The notes below the pieces were generated by a model. That model made no database searches. It was not told the DNA's origin and saw only the letters and a list, made by a program, of their open reading frames with translations. From Eledone cirrhosa (lineage: Eukaryota), in NCBI GenBank assembly GCA_964016885.1, contig OZ024748.1:57040001-57104000 (forward strand): a stretch of DNA of 64,000 nucleotides. The letters run 5' to 3'. The position numbers were made by a program, and so were the translations under genes. Within the stretch, counting starts at the first letter, position 1, and the number at the start of each line of letters is the position of its first letter. This document shows positions 42,537 through 55,558 of this stretch, in pieces.

Positions 42537-43246
42537 ATATGAATAAAATTAGTCCTTCATCAGTGATCTTCCAGCCTTCATTGGTATTTCATCGCTTTAA
42601 AGATCATATACCTCTGGTTGGTGCGAGCAACGGCTAAAGAAAGTCGTGGGACACGTAAATAGGGGGAACGAGCGAGACAGTAAACAAACAAACAAAGATG
42701 GTAATGCAACGAAAAATGAGGAAGAAGGAGTCAAGTCCCTGAAATCGATGAACATAAGTTCTGTGAAATCGTAGACGAGAGATAAAGACCATCCAACCTG
42801 GTCGAAAAGTGAGCGAGAAAAGGATTTCGCACAGGTCAAACGGGAGAAAGTGATGGAGAGGGAGTAGCAGAGAGTGAGTGAGTGAAAGTGTGAGGAAGAG
42901 GCTAACTGAGAGAGTGACTGGCAGAGGGGTAAAAAGAAAGTGAGAGATACAGAGAAAGGGGAAGCAGTAAGAAAAGAACAGACGGGTCACAGCGGTGGAA
43001 AATATATAAATATATGAAAAAATGGCGTGCTGCGTGGTTGCAATGGGTTACATATGAATAAAATTAGTCCTTCATCAGTGATCTTCCAGCCTTCATTGGT
43101 ATTTCATCGCTTTAAAGATCATATACCTCTGGTTGGTGCGAGCAACGGCTAAAGAAAGTCGTTGGGACACGTAAATAGGGGGAACGAGCGAGACAGTAAA
43201 CAAACAAACAAAGATGGTAATGCAACGAAAAGTGGGGAAGAAGGAG
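42537..43246 (-). mobile_element. Partial tandem element with ~195-bp near-identical direct repeats
   Basis: 42537-42730 repeated at 43052-43246 (period ~515 bp); minus strand ends CTGATGAAGGACTAATTTTATTCATAT next to (TA)n. Confidence 0.7.
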
Positions 43247-45405
43247 GCATTCCTTACTTCCAAGGTGAGCCCAGCCACGCGCATTTAGACAACCTATTCT
43301 CAACACAGCCATGTTGGTGGTAAAGAGAAAAGGCACTTACCTCTCTGCGTCTCGGAGACCGGGCCGCACAATTTGCATGGGGTTGGGGAAGGGTTGTTGG
43401 GTGGGGTGGTGGTTTGTGGAAGTGTAGGGGCATCAGTGTGTGATGAGGATGGGCTTTTGGAGTTGTGTGGGAGTCGGGGGGGGGGGGGTGATTTTTAGGA
43501 GGACACGGTTAATGGGTCTGACGCCGCAGGGGGCCCCACGTCCTCTTTAAAAGTGTCTTTTAACGTTTTGTAAATGTCCATTGGGGCTTTTATCATTTTT
43601 AGATGGGGAAGCCCCGTTGCTTGTGCGAAATTCGAACCTTCGGTTTTTATTTTGTTGTTATTATAAATAAAGTTTAACAGTTTATTGTATTTATGTCAGT
43701 ATATGCATATTTTTCTTTTTGAGTGATGTTTTTTGTTTGCTGTTGTTGTGTTGATGTCTGTATTATGTCTTGGGGAGGGGTTGTTTGTATTTATGTTCCT
43801 GTGGGGTGTTTTCTTTTTTTTCTTTTAACTTTATGAAAGTCTGACGACGAAAGGGGGGTCGTCTTCCGTATTCGAGGGAGGGGTTCATTTTCGACTCGTG
43901 TTTGTGGTGTGGGTGTTATTGTATTTGATTTCTGTAGGGGGGATGGGTGGGATTGTTTTCAGTTGTGTTTTAACTTGTGGTGGTGGTTGTTTTTGTGGTG
44001 GTGGAGATTGTGTTGGTAGTGTTGTAGTTGTTGGTGTGGGCAAAATCGGTGTTTTTTTGTTTGCTTCGGAACATGCAGCCCTCAGGTCACCTCTGCCACT
44101 ACAGTGGATCGTCTACCCTCCACTGTGATGTGTAAGTAGGCAAGCCCATCCAGCAATATGCGGTAGGGGATCCTAGCTATTCGTTCTGGCTGCATTTGCA
44201 CCAGAACTTTCAGGCTAGTTCCACCGAACACGTTGCTGGAAGACTTACATACCGAAATGACTGCATCCTCTTTCAAGTCGAGGAGGCTACACAGTACCGC
44301 CCAGAAATCAATATCTGGATCGATGCTGTGTATGGTCAATCTTTGTGTTTTTCTTCCCAAATAAGTGGGGAAGAAAGTAAATAAGGGGGACACAATTGGG
44401 GCCAGGGAATGTTTTTCGGCCGTCAATTTATCTTTCATTCGGATGGATGGACTACCGTAGAGTCTATCCTTCCGAATGAATACAATGTTTTTCAGATGAT
44501 CTTTTAAAGCCAGTAAAATCTCTGTCTGTGTGAGTTGTACTGGCTTACGGTTTTATTTGATATTGTCCTATAAATAATAGTTTTTAAGCTATTTTCCTGT
44601 TTTAGCTCTGGAGGAGAATTTAAAGAAAATAGACCATTCTCCTCCAAAGTTATATACTTCCGTGCATTTTCCATTTGCTGGGCCATGTTCGAAATGTCAA
44701 TAGGTTCATACACAATGTTTTTGTTTTTTTATGGTTTGCGCGAACGTCATTTTGTTCGCCCCCTCTCTGTTTACATTTGTTGAAATGTGGCTTTCTTGTT
44801 TTTTGTTGTTACAATTTTCATTTTTTGTTGTGTTTGTGTTATTTATTTTGGTGTATGCGTTCACATTTTTTTACCCGTTGGGGTTAGACTCCATTTTTTC
44901 AAAATGTTCACTTGTATTTTCAGTATCCGAGAGACTTGTAGTCACAGCTACTACTTCTCTTTCACCTTTGCTGGTGGGCGTGGGTGGCACCGTGAAAAGT
45001 CGAAACGGCATCCATTAATGTTGGCAATTTCTCCGAGTCAATTTTTTTCACATTTTTTTCATTAGGGTTAGGCTCCATTTTTTCAATGTTTCTAATAATC
45101 ATTATTCTTTCAGTCGGAAGGCTTGTTGCCTCAGCTACCCGCTCTCCTTCAGTTTGTTTAGTGGGCGTGTCATCGTTACCTGTGGTAATGGATTCCATTA
45201 CCACTAGCGTAGAGACAATTACAAGATTTTTAGGATGAAAAATTTCATCCCAAAAGGGGTGAAATAAATTAACCCTAATGTCCGAAGACCCAGACAAGGG
45301 AGTTAATTAACACAATAACGCAAGAATACAGACAAACACTTACTGTTAACACGTAATATCTCCAATACTCGAGGAGCCGATGTGAAGAACGTCTATACCA
45401 TCCGG
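43247..45405 (-). mobile_element. Tx1/L1-type LINE 5' half (disrupted ORF1 plus first ~22 codons of ORF2), copy D
   Basis: ORF pieces 44962-45297, 44504-44713 and 44082-44438 are homologous to 51074-52140 (FFPTYLGR, LVQM.PERI, VEG.R); ORF2 start MAVLRIGCLNARG at 43312 matches APE motif I; 5' end abuts (TATC)n. Confidence 0.8.
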
Positions 45406-45522
45406 AGATAGATAGATAGATGTGTGTGTGTTAAGAATTTCCGTAGAAAAGGTAAAGGGAAGAAGAGTGCTCTATGTGTAGTACAGAGCTGTTTAATTAC
45501 ATAATAAACAAACTATATAATT

Positions 45523-45594
45523 ATTCCATTACCTAAGGTTTCAGGAGACTAGACAAACGTTACAGAAACGCCCAGCTCGGTCAGCAGATGAAAT
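45523..45594 (-). ncRNA. Hammerhead-like motif, one core change (CTGCTGA)
   Basis: ATTTCAT-CTGCTGA-ccGAGCTGGGC..GTCTAGtCTCct-GAAAC-CTTAG-GTA-ATGGAAT: 7-bp stem I, GUA triplet; lies between (TA)n and (CA)n tracts. Confidence 0.6.
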
Positions 45595-45642
45595 AGTTAT
45601 ATATATATATATATATATAATGTATATTATATTACTCTTATA

Positions 45643-45714
<72 letters not shown>

Positions 45715-46619
45715 TGTGTGTGTGAGAGAGAGAGAGCGAGAGAGAGAGAGATTGATAGATAGTTAGATAGATAGATAGATAGATAGATAGATTACAGAAA
45801 AGTAAAGCAGTAGAAATTTTATGGAGAAACTATATGTAGTAATATGTGAAAGAAGACTAGGAGAAGGTAGCAAACTGGAAGGAAACCGAAGGAGGGGGCC
45901 GGGGGAGAAGGAACAAGGAACCGACGGAGGAAGAAGATGAGGAAGAAGGAGGAAGAGGGAAGTGGAAGAAATCGGGAAAGGGGGGAGCGGGGTGGGGTGG
46001 GGGTGGTGGAAAACTGAGCAGTAAAAGAATTAGTAGGGAATTAGTAACACGCGAAGAGATTAGTTTTGGGGGTAAAACGGTCAGCGGTGGGTGAGTTCAT
46101 ACGGCTATACGGCAACTCTTGTTGTCCGACTGACTGACTGACTAATTCAAGTAAAACGAAAAGACGACGAGTCCAAATTGACCACAAGTACGCATTGATA
46201 CAATAGAACAGATGAAACACTAACTATAATCTTGTCTCGTTATCGGTCATTTGTTGTGCAGACAATGATATTAGCACCAATGACAAGAGTGCGTGTTACA
46301 AACCTCTTATTCATTCAATCAATTGAACAGTGGCGTTAGTCGTTATGTGTCGTCGACGTAAATCTGGCGGGGTTTAATCATAATAAATGTAGGCAAAGTA
46401 AAAGCGAAAGTAGAAAAGAAAAATATATATATAAATATAAAAAATAAAAAATAAATAAAAATGAAAAAAGAAAAACGGTCATGTTTGAAGCCGGCAGACA
46501 ATCGCTTAAACGTCACTGCTCGCGCCAGACCAATAGCCAATATGACCAACTTGACCGATATCACCAATATGTCCAGCGACTAATGTGTCCACTGACCATT
46601 GACCAACGACCGCCTTTCC

Positions 46620-47370
<751 letters not shown>

Positions 47371-47884
47371 GGCAGATATATTCATGTATATTATATTTTG
47401 GTAGGGTCAGAAAAGGAAGTGACAAAGAGAACGACGAGAAAATAAATAAGACAGTGGTGAAACGAAAGATATTCTAATTTTCCATTTTCTTCACCTCCGA
47501 CTCTTTCTTTCTCTCACCAATTCCCATGTTATTTATTCATTTTTATCTCTTGCCCTTTCGCTCCTCTTCTCTCCCACGCAATCTCTCTTCGTCTCAATTT
47601 CTTTCCTTTGTCCTTTATTTCCCACGGACCTTCCCTCATGCAACCCCTACCATCCTCACTCACACACTCCCTATCTGTTAATCTCTCTCTGCCTTATTGA
47701 TACTCTTTCCAATCTCCCATGCATTCTCTTTCATTATTTTCTTTCTTAACATTTGTATATCTTTCAACCTATAAATATCGCACTTCCTCTCTGACCCTTG
47801 TACGCTCTCTCACTTTCCGCTTGTATTTGTTTATCACCTTTTACAACCTACATAACCTCTTAAAACCACCTTCTTAGTCCTACA

Positions 47885-48212
47885 TTTCTGACTGTTTCTC
47901 TATCTGTATCTATCTATCTATCTATATATCTATCTATCTTTCCTACTGTTTATCTATCTATTATATCTATCTATCTATCCATCTATCTATTCCTCTATCC
48001 ATCTATCTATATCTATCTATCTATCTATCTATCTAACTATCTTTCTGACTGTTTATCTATCTATCTATATCTATCTATCTATCTATCTATCTATTTATCT
48101 ATCTATCTAACTATCTTTCTGACTGTTTATCTATCTATCTATATCTATCTATCTATCTATTTAACTATATTTCTGACTGTTTATCTATCTATCTATATCT
48201 ATCTATCTATCT
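47885..48212. repeat. (TATC)n array punctuated by TTTCTGACTGTTT
   Basis: Motif at ~47885, 48042, 48116 and 48170, and again at ~49524 after LINE copy A. Confidence 0.85.
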
Positions 48213-49500
48213 ACCGCCTGACCGTAGTACCCTGCCCAAGGGAAACCCTCACCAAGATGGAGCGCGCGCTCTTCCAATTCCTTTGGAAGAGGCGGGCTCC
48301 TATGGTGAGGAGATCCATCTGCTGTCAACACCCTTCGAAAGGAGGGCTGGGGATGCCGTGGCTAATGATGCGTAAACACGCATTAAGGCTACGGCACCTC
48401 TACGTATTCCTCACCGGACAACCGGTGTGGGCCTCGTTTGTGAGACGAACCTTTCCCAGACTCGTCTCACTCACCGAGCTGCAATCCTGGGTCAAGCAGA
48501 GACCGAGAAAACTGGGCGCCTGGCACACTGAGTGTGCCCAGGCGCTCACCGCCCTCTGGCAGGCGGATCCGGTTATCAGTGGAGACTCCACCGCAACATT
48601 CTATAGAGGGCTGGTACGCAGCAGGTGCGACGACGCCCTCGGAGAAGCCCTAGACATGGAGGAGGACGAACTGGCCGGCCTGTTCGGTAGGACATTCAGC
48701 CCGGGACCTATGGACAACTTCCAGAAGTCCCTGGCCTGGCAGTGCTACCGAGGGGCTTTACCCGTTCGAGAAAGGCTCTACAGACACGGGCGCCCGGGTA
48801 GGGACCCCGCCAAAAAGATCTGTCCCAGATGCGTGTGCGACGAGGAAACCGTTGCACACGCATTAGTACACTGCTCGGGCGTAGCCGATCTGTGGGGCTA
48901 TGTCGAACAACTGCTGTCAAGGGTGGGACCGATCCGGTTGACCACCGAGTCTATTGTAATGATCAAGCCGCCTCCCCCCTTCAAAGATGAAGCAGAGGCG
49001 GTGTTTCTGTGCGTAATAGCCATGGCGAAAGAGGTTGTATGGTGGACGCGTCTGAAAGGACTGAGGTCGGGCACCTTTCTCTCTGGCCAACAACTGGTCC
49101 GTTTCTTCCGATATCATTTCGGAAGAAGGATCAGGATGGAGAGAGAGGTGCTGCACCCCAGCCGTTTCTATGAAAGATGGGTGAAAGTGGCGAGAATGGC
49201 CCGTGTGAATGGGCCTTCACTCTACATCAGACTATAGGTGAGGAAGATGAAAGACCAAAGGAGCACCCCTTCTCTGTGCTCCTGAGGAGAAGGGTTGCAC
49301 ACATTTTTCGGGGGTGTGTGCGACCCCCCAAGGCGCCTCCTCTCTATTGAGGATTTTGTTAAAAATTTTATTTTTTGTTATATCTTATTTTATTTTTATA
49401 TTTTGTTATTGCCTCCTCCTTATTGAGGACGCCTTTTTGTGTAAACTCCCCCCTTTGTACTTGTCCCACTTTTGATGCCCTAGTGGCAAATAAAAGAAAT
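48212..49500 (+). mobile_element. 5'-truncated Tx1/L1-type LINE, copy A
   Basis: Open ORF2 C-terminus to 49237; 3' UTR with AATAAA at 49489; both ends in (TATC)n. Confidence 0.9.
48257..49237 (+). CDS. LINE ORF2 C-terminal part (post-RT region plus zf-RVT-type C..C...ET..H....C zinc finger)
   Basis: MERALFQFLW...KGGLGMP and CPRCVCDEETVAHALVHCSGVADLW, typical of L1/Tx1 ORF2; frame also open upstream to ~48212. Confidence 0.85.
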   Translation: MERALFQFLWKRRAPMVRRSICCQHPSKGGLGMPWLMMRKHALRLRHLYVFLTGQPVWASFVRRTFPRLVSLTELQSWVKQRPRKLGAWHTECAQALTALWQADPVISGDSTATFYRGLVRSRCDDALGEALDMEEDELAGLFGRTFSPGPMDNFQKSLAWQCYRGALPVRERLYRHGRPGRDPAKKICPRCVCDEETVAHALVHCSGVADLWGYVEQLLSRVGPIRLTTESIVMIKPPPPFKDEAEAVFLCVIAMAKEVVWWTRLKGLRSGTFLSGQQLVRFFRYHFGRRIRMEREVLHPSRFYERWVKVARMARVNGPSLYIRL

Positions 49501-49634
49501 ATATCTATATCTATCTATCTATCTTTCTGACTGTTTATCTATCTATGTATATCTATCTATCTATCCATCTATCTATTCCTCTATCTATCTACCTATCTAT
49601 ATATTCATATATCTATCTATTTACCTATCTATCT

Positions 49635-50842
49635 GCCCGAGCTCTTCCAATTCCTTTGGAAGAAACGGGCTCCTTTGGTGAGAATATCCATCTGCTGCCA
49701 ACACCCTTCAAACGGAGGGCTGGGGATGCCGTGGCTGACGATGCGTAAACACGCGCTCAGGCTGCGGCACCTCCACGTATTCCTCACCGGACAACCGGTG
49801 TGGGCCCTGTTCGTGAGGCGAGCCTTCCCACGACTCGTCTCGCTGACCGAGCTGCAGTCCTGGGTCAAGCAAAGACCAAGGAAAATTGGCGACTGGCACA
49901 TCGAATGTGCTCAGGCGCTCACAGTCCTCTGACAAACGGACCCGGCGATCAGTGGAGACTCTACTTCGTCGTTCTACAGAGGGTTGGTTCGCAGCAAGTG
50001 CGACGACGCGTTCGGAGAAACTCTAGGCGTAGAGGAGGACGAACTGGCCAGTCTGTTCGGTAGGTCCTTCCGCCCGGGACAGATGGACAACTTCCAAAAG
50101 TCCCTGGCCTGGCAGTGCTACCGAGGAGTTCTACCAGTTCGAGACAAGCTCTACAGACACGGACGCCCGGCCAGGGACCCTTCGAAAAAGATCTGTCCGA
50201 GATGCGTGCGCCACGAGGAAACTGTCGCGCACGCATTTGTACACTGCCCGGGCGTTACCGACCTGTGGGGCTATGTAGAACGACTTTTGTCGCGGGTGGG
50301 ACCAATCCAGTTGACCACCGAGTCCACTGTCATGACCAAACCGCCACCCTCCTTCAAAAACGAAGGAGAGGCGGTTTTCCTATGTGTTATGGCTATGGTG
50401 AAAGAGGTTATATGGTGGACGAGGTTTAAAGGGCTGAGGTCGGACACCTTTTTCTCCGGCGAACAACTGATTCGGTTTTTCAAATATCATTTTGGAAGAA
50501 GAATCAGGATGGAGAGAGAGGTGCTGTGCCCCAGCAAATTTTATAAAAGGTGGGTGAATGTGGCAAAGATGGCCCGAGTAGTTAGGCCTTCTCTCTATAT
50601 AAGCCTCTAGGTTGAGGATAAAGAGGAAGAGAGGAAAGGAGTACTCACTCTTGGTGCTCCTGGAGATGAGAGTTGTACTTTTTTTCGGGGTGTGTACAAC
50701 CCCTGTGTAACGCCTCCCCTCTATTGGGGATTTCAATTGTTATTTGTTATTTTATTAATAGTTTTATTTTCATATACCTGTATGTAAACTCCCCATTTGT
50801 AATTGTCCCCTTCTTTTGTGCCCTTGTGGCTAATAAAGAAAT
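49635..50842 (+). mobile_element. 5'-truncated Tx1/L1-type LINE, copy B (disrupted)
   Basis: Colinear with copy A; nonsense TGA at 49930-49932; CPRCVRHEETVAHAFVHC; AATAAA at 50832; both ends in (TATC)n. Confidence 0.9.
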
Positions 50843-50873
<31 letters not shown>

Positions 50874-50888
50874 GCTATCTATCTATCT

Positions 50889-53183
50889 CTGGGATGGACA
50901 CATGTGTTAAACTTGCTCGGTAAGTTTTGTTTAAATTTCTTTAGAAATTCGTCATTGTGAACTTTTATTTTTATACCAATTTGTAGAGGGACTGACAGGT
51001 CAAATTTTGATCTGGTCAGTCTCCCAAAATATCGTGCCCCTCAGGGCAAAAACATCCAAAATGTTTTCGAAAAATGTTTGGAAAGCACTTCAAATTTTTT
51101 AAAATGGGTGAAGCTAAAGCACCTACTTTTTTGTCAAAACAAGAAGATGGGAAGGGAAAGCCATGCCTACTTGACCAGCAGGTAGTAGCAGACATGGACA
51201 AAGGAATGCCAACATTATCGCCTCAACATTTAGAAGAGGACCAAGCTTCAGTTGCTTGTAAGCAACTGAACACGCCTGACGTGACAAACGTCACATGTAT
51301 CCACACACAGAAGGAAGAATGTGTAGCAAATACTAACACCATCACAACCAACAACAACAACAACACAATAAATGAGAACAACAACACAACAAAAGGAATC
51401 AGTGGCAACACAAAGAATGAGACCATCATCACCACCAACAACAACAATAACAAAATTTCATTTGCAGCAACAGTTGCTAAGCAACAGGATTTTAAATACT
51501 ACTCCATGGACATTTCCCCAAAGTCCCAATATTTGGAAGAAGCTTCCAACTATGTGACGTTTGAGGGAGACACCGCACACATGCACATACCCCCACAAGT
51601 AAGAGAAATGACACAGAAAAAGAAGCTAATTTATAAAACAGTTGACATCACTACCAAAAAACCCATAACGCTCCCAACAAGCACTATCGAAGCTGCACTA
51701 AAAGACATTAAGCCAGACGTGGCATACCTCCAAAGAGGTAAACAGTATGGAAGTGTGTCAGTGCTCTTTAAGAGCGAAACTCTGGCACAAAAACACTCGG
51801 TTCACCCAATAAAAACGGATCAACACATCTTCTTCCCCACATACTTGGGAAGAAGATCCTACAAAATAAACATAACCAGAATCCCAGCAGAGGCCAACAT
51901 ATGGTGGATCCTACGCTGCATCCTGAAGAAGGATGAGGACACCCTCCTATATGTAGACAAGACAAACCGGCATAACTGGTTTGGAACCTGCATCGAGGAT
52001 CTGGTACAAATGAGGCCAGAGAGAATTGAATAAATACCGGACAGGATCGTCCATGAGGAAGATGTCATCTCCATTTTAGTGGAGGGGAAAAGACCTCAGT
52101 GCCATAAGTGTGTGAAAACCACACACTTGAAGGCCTTTTGCCCTCTCTTAAACAAACCGAGGACAAACAAGGTGTTATTACCAACACCAAAACCCCAACA
52201 TCGACACACCAAACCAAACACAACACAAACACCTGCAACATCCACTCCCACACCACCACAGACCAGAGACAACCACACACACAAAATCACACTGAAAAAC
52301 CGTCCATTACCTCTTCCCTTTGTGAAATACTTCCACAAACACCTGCACAAATACTCCACCACACAACATACCCCTCCCATCTGCCCCTGATTCAGAAGTC
52401 TCAGATACGGGAACCTCTACATCTCCAAGTGAGAATGAAGAGGAACCCCAATAATCCAAAAAACAAAAAAGACACAAAAAAGACACAAAAACATCTACAG
52501 AAAACACGCACACACTCAACCCCACCATAAACACATCGCCACAAACGACAAACACACCAACAACACAATCACCACCAACACAACCAAACACTTCACCAAC
52601 AAAACAAACAACCACACCACCATAATCACAAACCCCAACCACAAAAAGAAAACTACAAACAGAAACAGTACACATAAAAAACAAAACACACTACACATAC
52701 ATAAAAACAAGAAACAAAGAACTGGTGGAAACTGTCCGAAAGGACCCCACAATACAAACGGTGGGGAAAACTTTCCCCACCAACGACCCACCCCTAAACT
52801 TCAAACTTATCAGGGTAACAACCCTACAGTATGAAACTTTAAAAGAGAACTTCCCACATGATGTGGGCCCCCCTTACCAAAAGCCCCTTAACCGTGTCCT
52901 GCTAAAAGGATTCCCTCCCTCCCCAAACACCACCAATCTGAACATGGAGATCGAACAACCCGACCTCCAGGAAACGAAAAGGTAAGTGTTCCTGCCTTTT
53001 CTCTCCTTAATTCTTCTTCACCAACATGGCGACTATACAAGCTGGATGTTTGAATGTACGTGGTCTGGCATGTCCTGGAAACAGGGCCAGCTTTTAAATG
53101 ATCTCAGGTCATATTGTATAGATGTGATAGCCATCACCGAGTCCAGAATTCACGACAAGCAGCAGCTAACCCCCATGTTCGAA
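50889..53183 (+). mobile_element. Tx1/L1-type LINE 5' half (ORF1 plus start of ORF2 APE), copy C
   Basis: ORF1 from 51074 with premature TAA at 52031-52033, read through into zinc knuckle CHKCVKTTHLKAFC (CX2CX4HX4C); ORF2 ATG at 53026 gives MATIQAGCLNVRGL, then a frameshift to LLNDLRSYCIDVIAITESRI (APE motifs I-II); 5' end abuts (TATC)n. Confidence 0.85.
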
Positions 53184-53188
53184 ATAAT

Positions 53189-53340
53189 AACCAATAATCA
53201 CTACGGAGAATTCGAAATCCGTATCTTTATCATTCTATCCGAGTTCTCTCTAAACACTGAGTGGCCCCTTAGCTCTATGTTAGAGCACTCGGTCGGCATT
53301 TGAGAGATACGGCGTTAGATATTCTGTAGTGGCTGTGGTC
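53189..53340. repeat. Degenerate fold-back
   Basis: Three nested symmetric pairs: CACTACGGA/TCTGTAGTG, CCGTATCT/AGATACGG and CCGAGT/ACTCGG share one axis near 53265. Confidence 0.65.
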
Positions 53341-54577
53341 ATTTACCACCGTCCCTGGGGTTATTTTAGCCGATTTTCTAAACTATTATCTATAGCATTC
53401 GACTTTCAGAGTAATGTTCTGAATTAGGAATTCCTACATTTTTCTAAAAAAGAGAAATTTCAAGTTACCTAGCGCTTCTATAGTTTATATAAACTACTGT
53501 AGTTAATTTCATTTAAGTTCTGTTCTTGTTTACCTATGGTTCAAATACTTTATTTTTCTTTCCATTCCCGACAATCCTACTACTCTACCATATTATTATA
53601 TACCAACTTTCAAACATCAGCTCTAAATGATTAACCATAGTAATAATTTATCCATATCCAATCATTTTTTATTCCTAAAAACAAATCTCCAAATATTTTT
53701 TGCCTGGAATTTTTAACGAAAATTCCTTACCTAGATTTCTTGAATATTTTTCTTTTGTTTTTAGATAATTCCAGATAGACTTTTCTGGCACTGTAAGCTC
53801 ACTTGCTTCAAAGTTTCAGTTTACTTAACCTCTTCCAGTCATTGTTTCATACTATTTTTAATGTACTAATGTTCTATGGGATATTATTTTCCTCGTTCTT
53901 CATACAACCTCCTTTATTTAACTTACATATGTGTGTAAAGTCTCATATATACAGAGAGTACATTTCAACCTGTCATACTTAAAATAGCCGTCGCTTCTGT
54001 ATTCAGAATTATGATTTTTTTTTTTCTTTTTGTTAAAACACACAAAAAAATATACATCCGACACGTTAATGGTTAGGATCGTTTTTTGTTTTTTTTTTAT
54101 TATTATTTTTTTTGTTTTTTTTTGTCAAATATAAGCTTCGATTTTAACAAGAAAAATACTTTTCTAAGATTGTCCCAATTTATCATTTTCTTTTATCTTA
54201 TATTTATAGACTTTTCTATCAGCCTACTTTGCGATTTCTTTCGCAGATAAATTACATCTTATTGCTTTTCAATATTTTTCTATGCAATTTTTTTTCTAAA
54301 GTTCATTAAATTCAAGATTTGTTTTAACTCAAGAATCTATTGATTATTATTTCTTTGCCAAAATGTTCATCTTTGATATTATTATTGTTATTAAATTATT
54401 ATTTTAAATTTTATTATTCATAGATATAGAACTATAATAAAACATACTTTACTTACATACAAATAAATTCGGGAAATATGCATAAGAGTTATTCAGGATT
54501 TTTAAAAACATTTGCAGCTTGTAGTATTGCTAGTTTATGACACGTGTATATTTTTACTATTATTATTTCTTAGTCAC

Positions 54578-54802
54578 GAGGGCGATGGATTCACAGTATC
54601 AGTAGAGAGTCGGACAATGTGCTTTTCAGCATAGAGTTACGGTCCTTTACGGTCTGAGTTCAAATCTCGCCGAGGTTAACTGTGCCTTTCATCCTTATGG
54701 GGTCGATAAAATAAAGTACCAGTAACGTACAGGGGTCGATTTAATCGACTTTCCCCTCCTTCCCAAATTACTGGCCTTGTGCCTATACAAGAAATAATTA
54801 TT
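54578..54802 (+). mobile_element. SINE family B, long-tail form
   Basis: GAGTTCAAATCTCGCCGAGGTTAACTGTGCCTTTCATCCTTATGGGGTCGATAAAATAAAGTACCAG...GGCCTTGTGCC. Confidence 0.85.
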
Positions 54803-55140
54803 GCTTTGTCACGCAGTGCAGATTGAAAATGCACCAGAATATTGTGTTATCTGTCAAGTCACAGGGAGATCAGATAGATAATGCATCCTTAAAATTTGAG
54901 CAGACTCTAGCAAGATGTTTTCTATGACACCAATGTTGCATGGTATCTACAAACTCTGTAAGAAGTCTTGGAACTTCAATGGGATAGACCCTAATGCCCA
55001 AATCACAAATGGTATCACATTCACATTAACCTCTTGCATTCCAAACAGCCTTGCCATCTTCACTTTCAAGTCAAAATATTTGGTGGGTTTTTTTCAACCT
55101 CTTAATTCGCAAAATTCATGTCATTTGGTATAGCTACGGT
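54803..55140 (-). pseudogene. R4/Dong-like non-LTR retrotransposon 3' relic (RLE endonuclease end)
   Basis: Hand translation VAIPNDMN..EVEK/TKYFDLK..MARLFG..VIPFVIWALGSIP..L..L*I...ILLESAQILR matches the RLE C-terminal pattern; stops and a frameshift present. Confidence 0.7.
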
Positions 55141-55151
55141 TGTGATCTGAC

Positions 55152-55323
55152 GTGGATTGGCAGTATCGGTAAAGAGTCGGACGCCATGCTTTGCAGCAAA
55201 GAGTTACGGCCCTTTATGGTCTGAGTTAACTTTGCCTTTTATCCTTATGGGGTCGATAAAATAAAGTACCGGTAATGCACTGAGATAATTGCTGGCCTTG
55301 GGCCAAAAGTAGAAATAATTATT
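55152..55323 (+). mobile_element. SINE family B, short-tail form
   Basis: GGATTGGCAGTATCGGT...GGGGTCGATAAAATAAAGTACC..GCACTGAGATAATTGCTGGCCTTG. Confidence 0.85.
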
Positions 55324-55385
55324 TATCTTTCTTGTTCTTTACGAAAATGTCCGTTCAGCGATGCTCAATTACTCTCGATTATTAT

Positions 55386-55550
55386 TTGGCAGTATCAGTA
55401 GAGCGTCAGACACCATGCTTTTCGGCGTAGAGTTATGGCCCTGTACGTTCTGTGTCCAAATCCCGCATAGCTTTGCCTTTCATCATTCTGGGGTCAATAA
55501 AATAACGTACTAGTAATGCACTAAGGTGGATTTAATCGAATTTCCCTTTC
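55386..55550 (+). mobile_element. SINE family B, degenerate
   Basis: TGGCAGTATCAGTAGAGCGTCAGAC...CTTTGCCTTTCATCATTCTGGGGTCAATAAAATAA. Confidence 0.75.
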
Positions 55551-55558
55551 TGTAAACA

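Noticed and set aside
48400-50736. Antisense and alternative-frame ORFs within LINE copies A and B
   Set aside because: Shadow ORFs of GC-rich ORF2; boundaries not conserved between the two copies.
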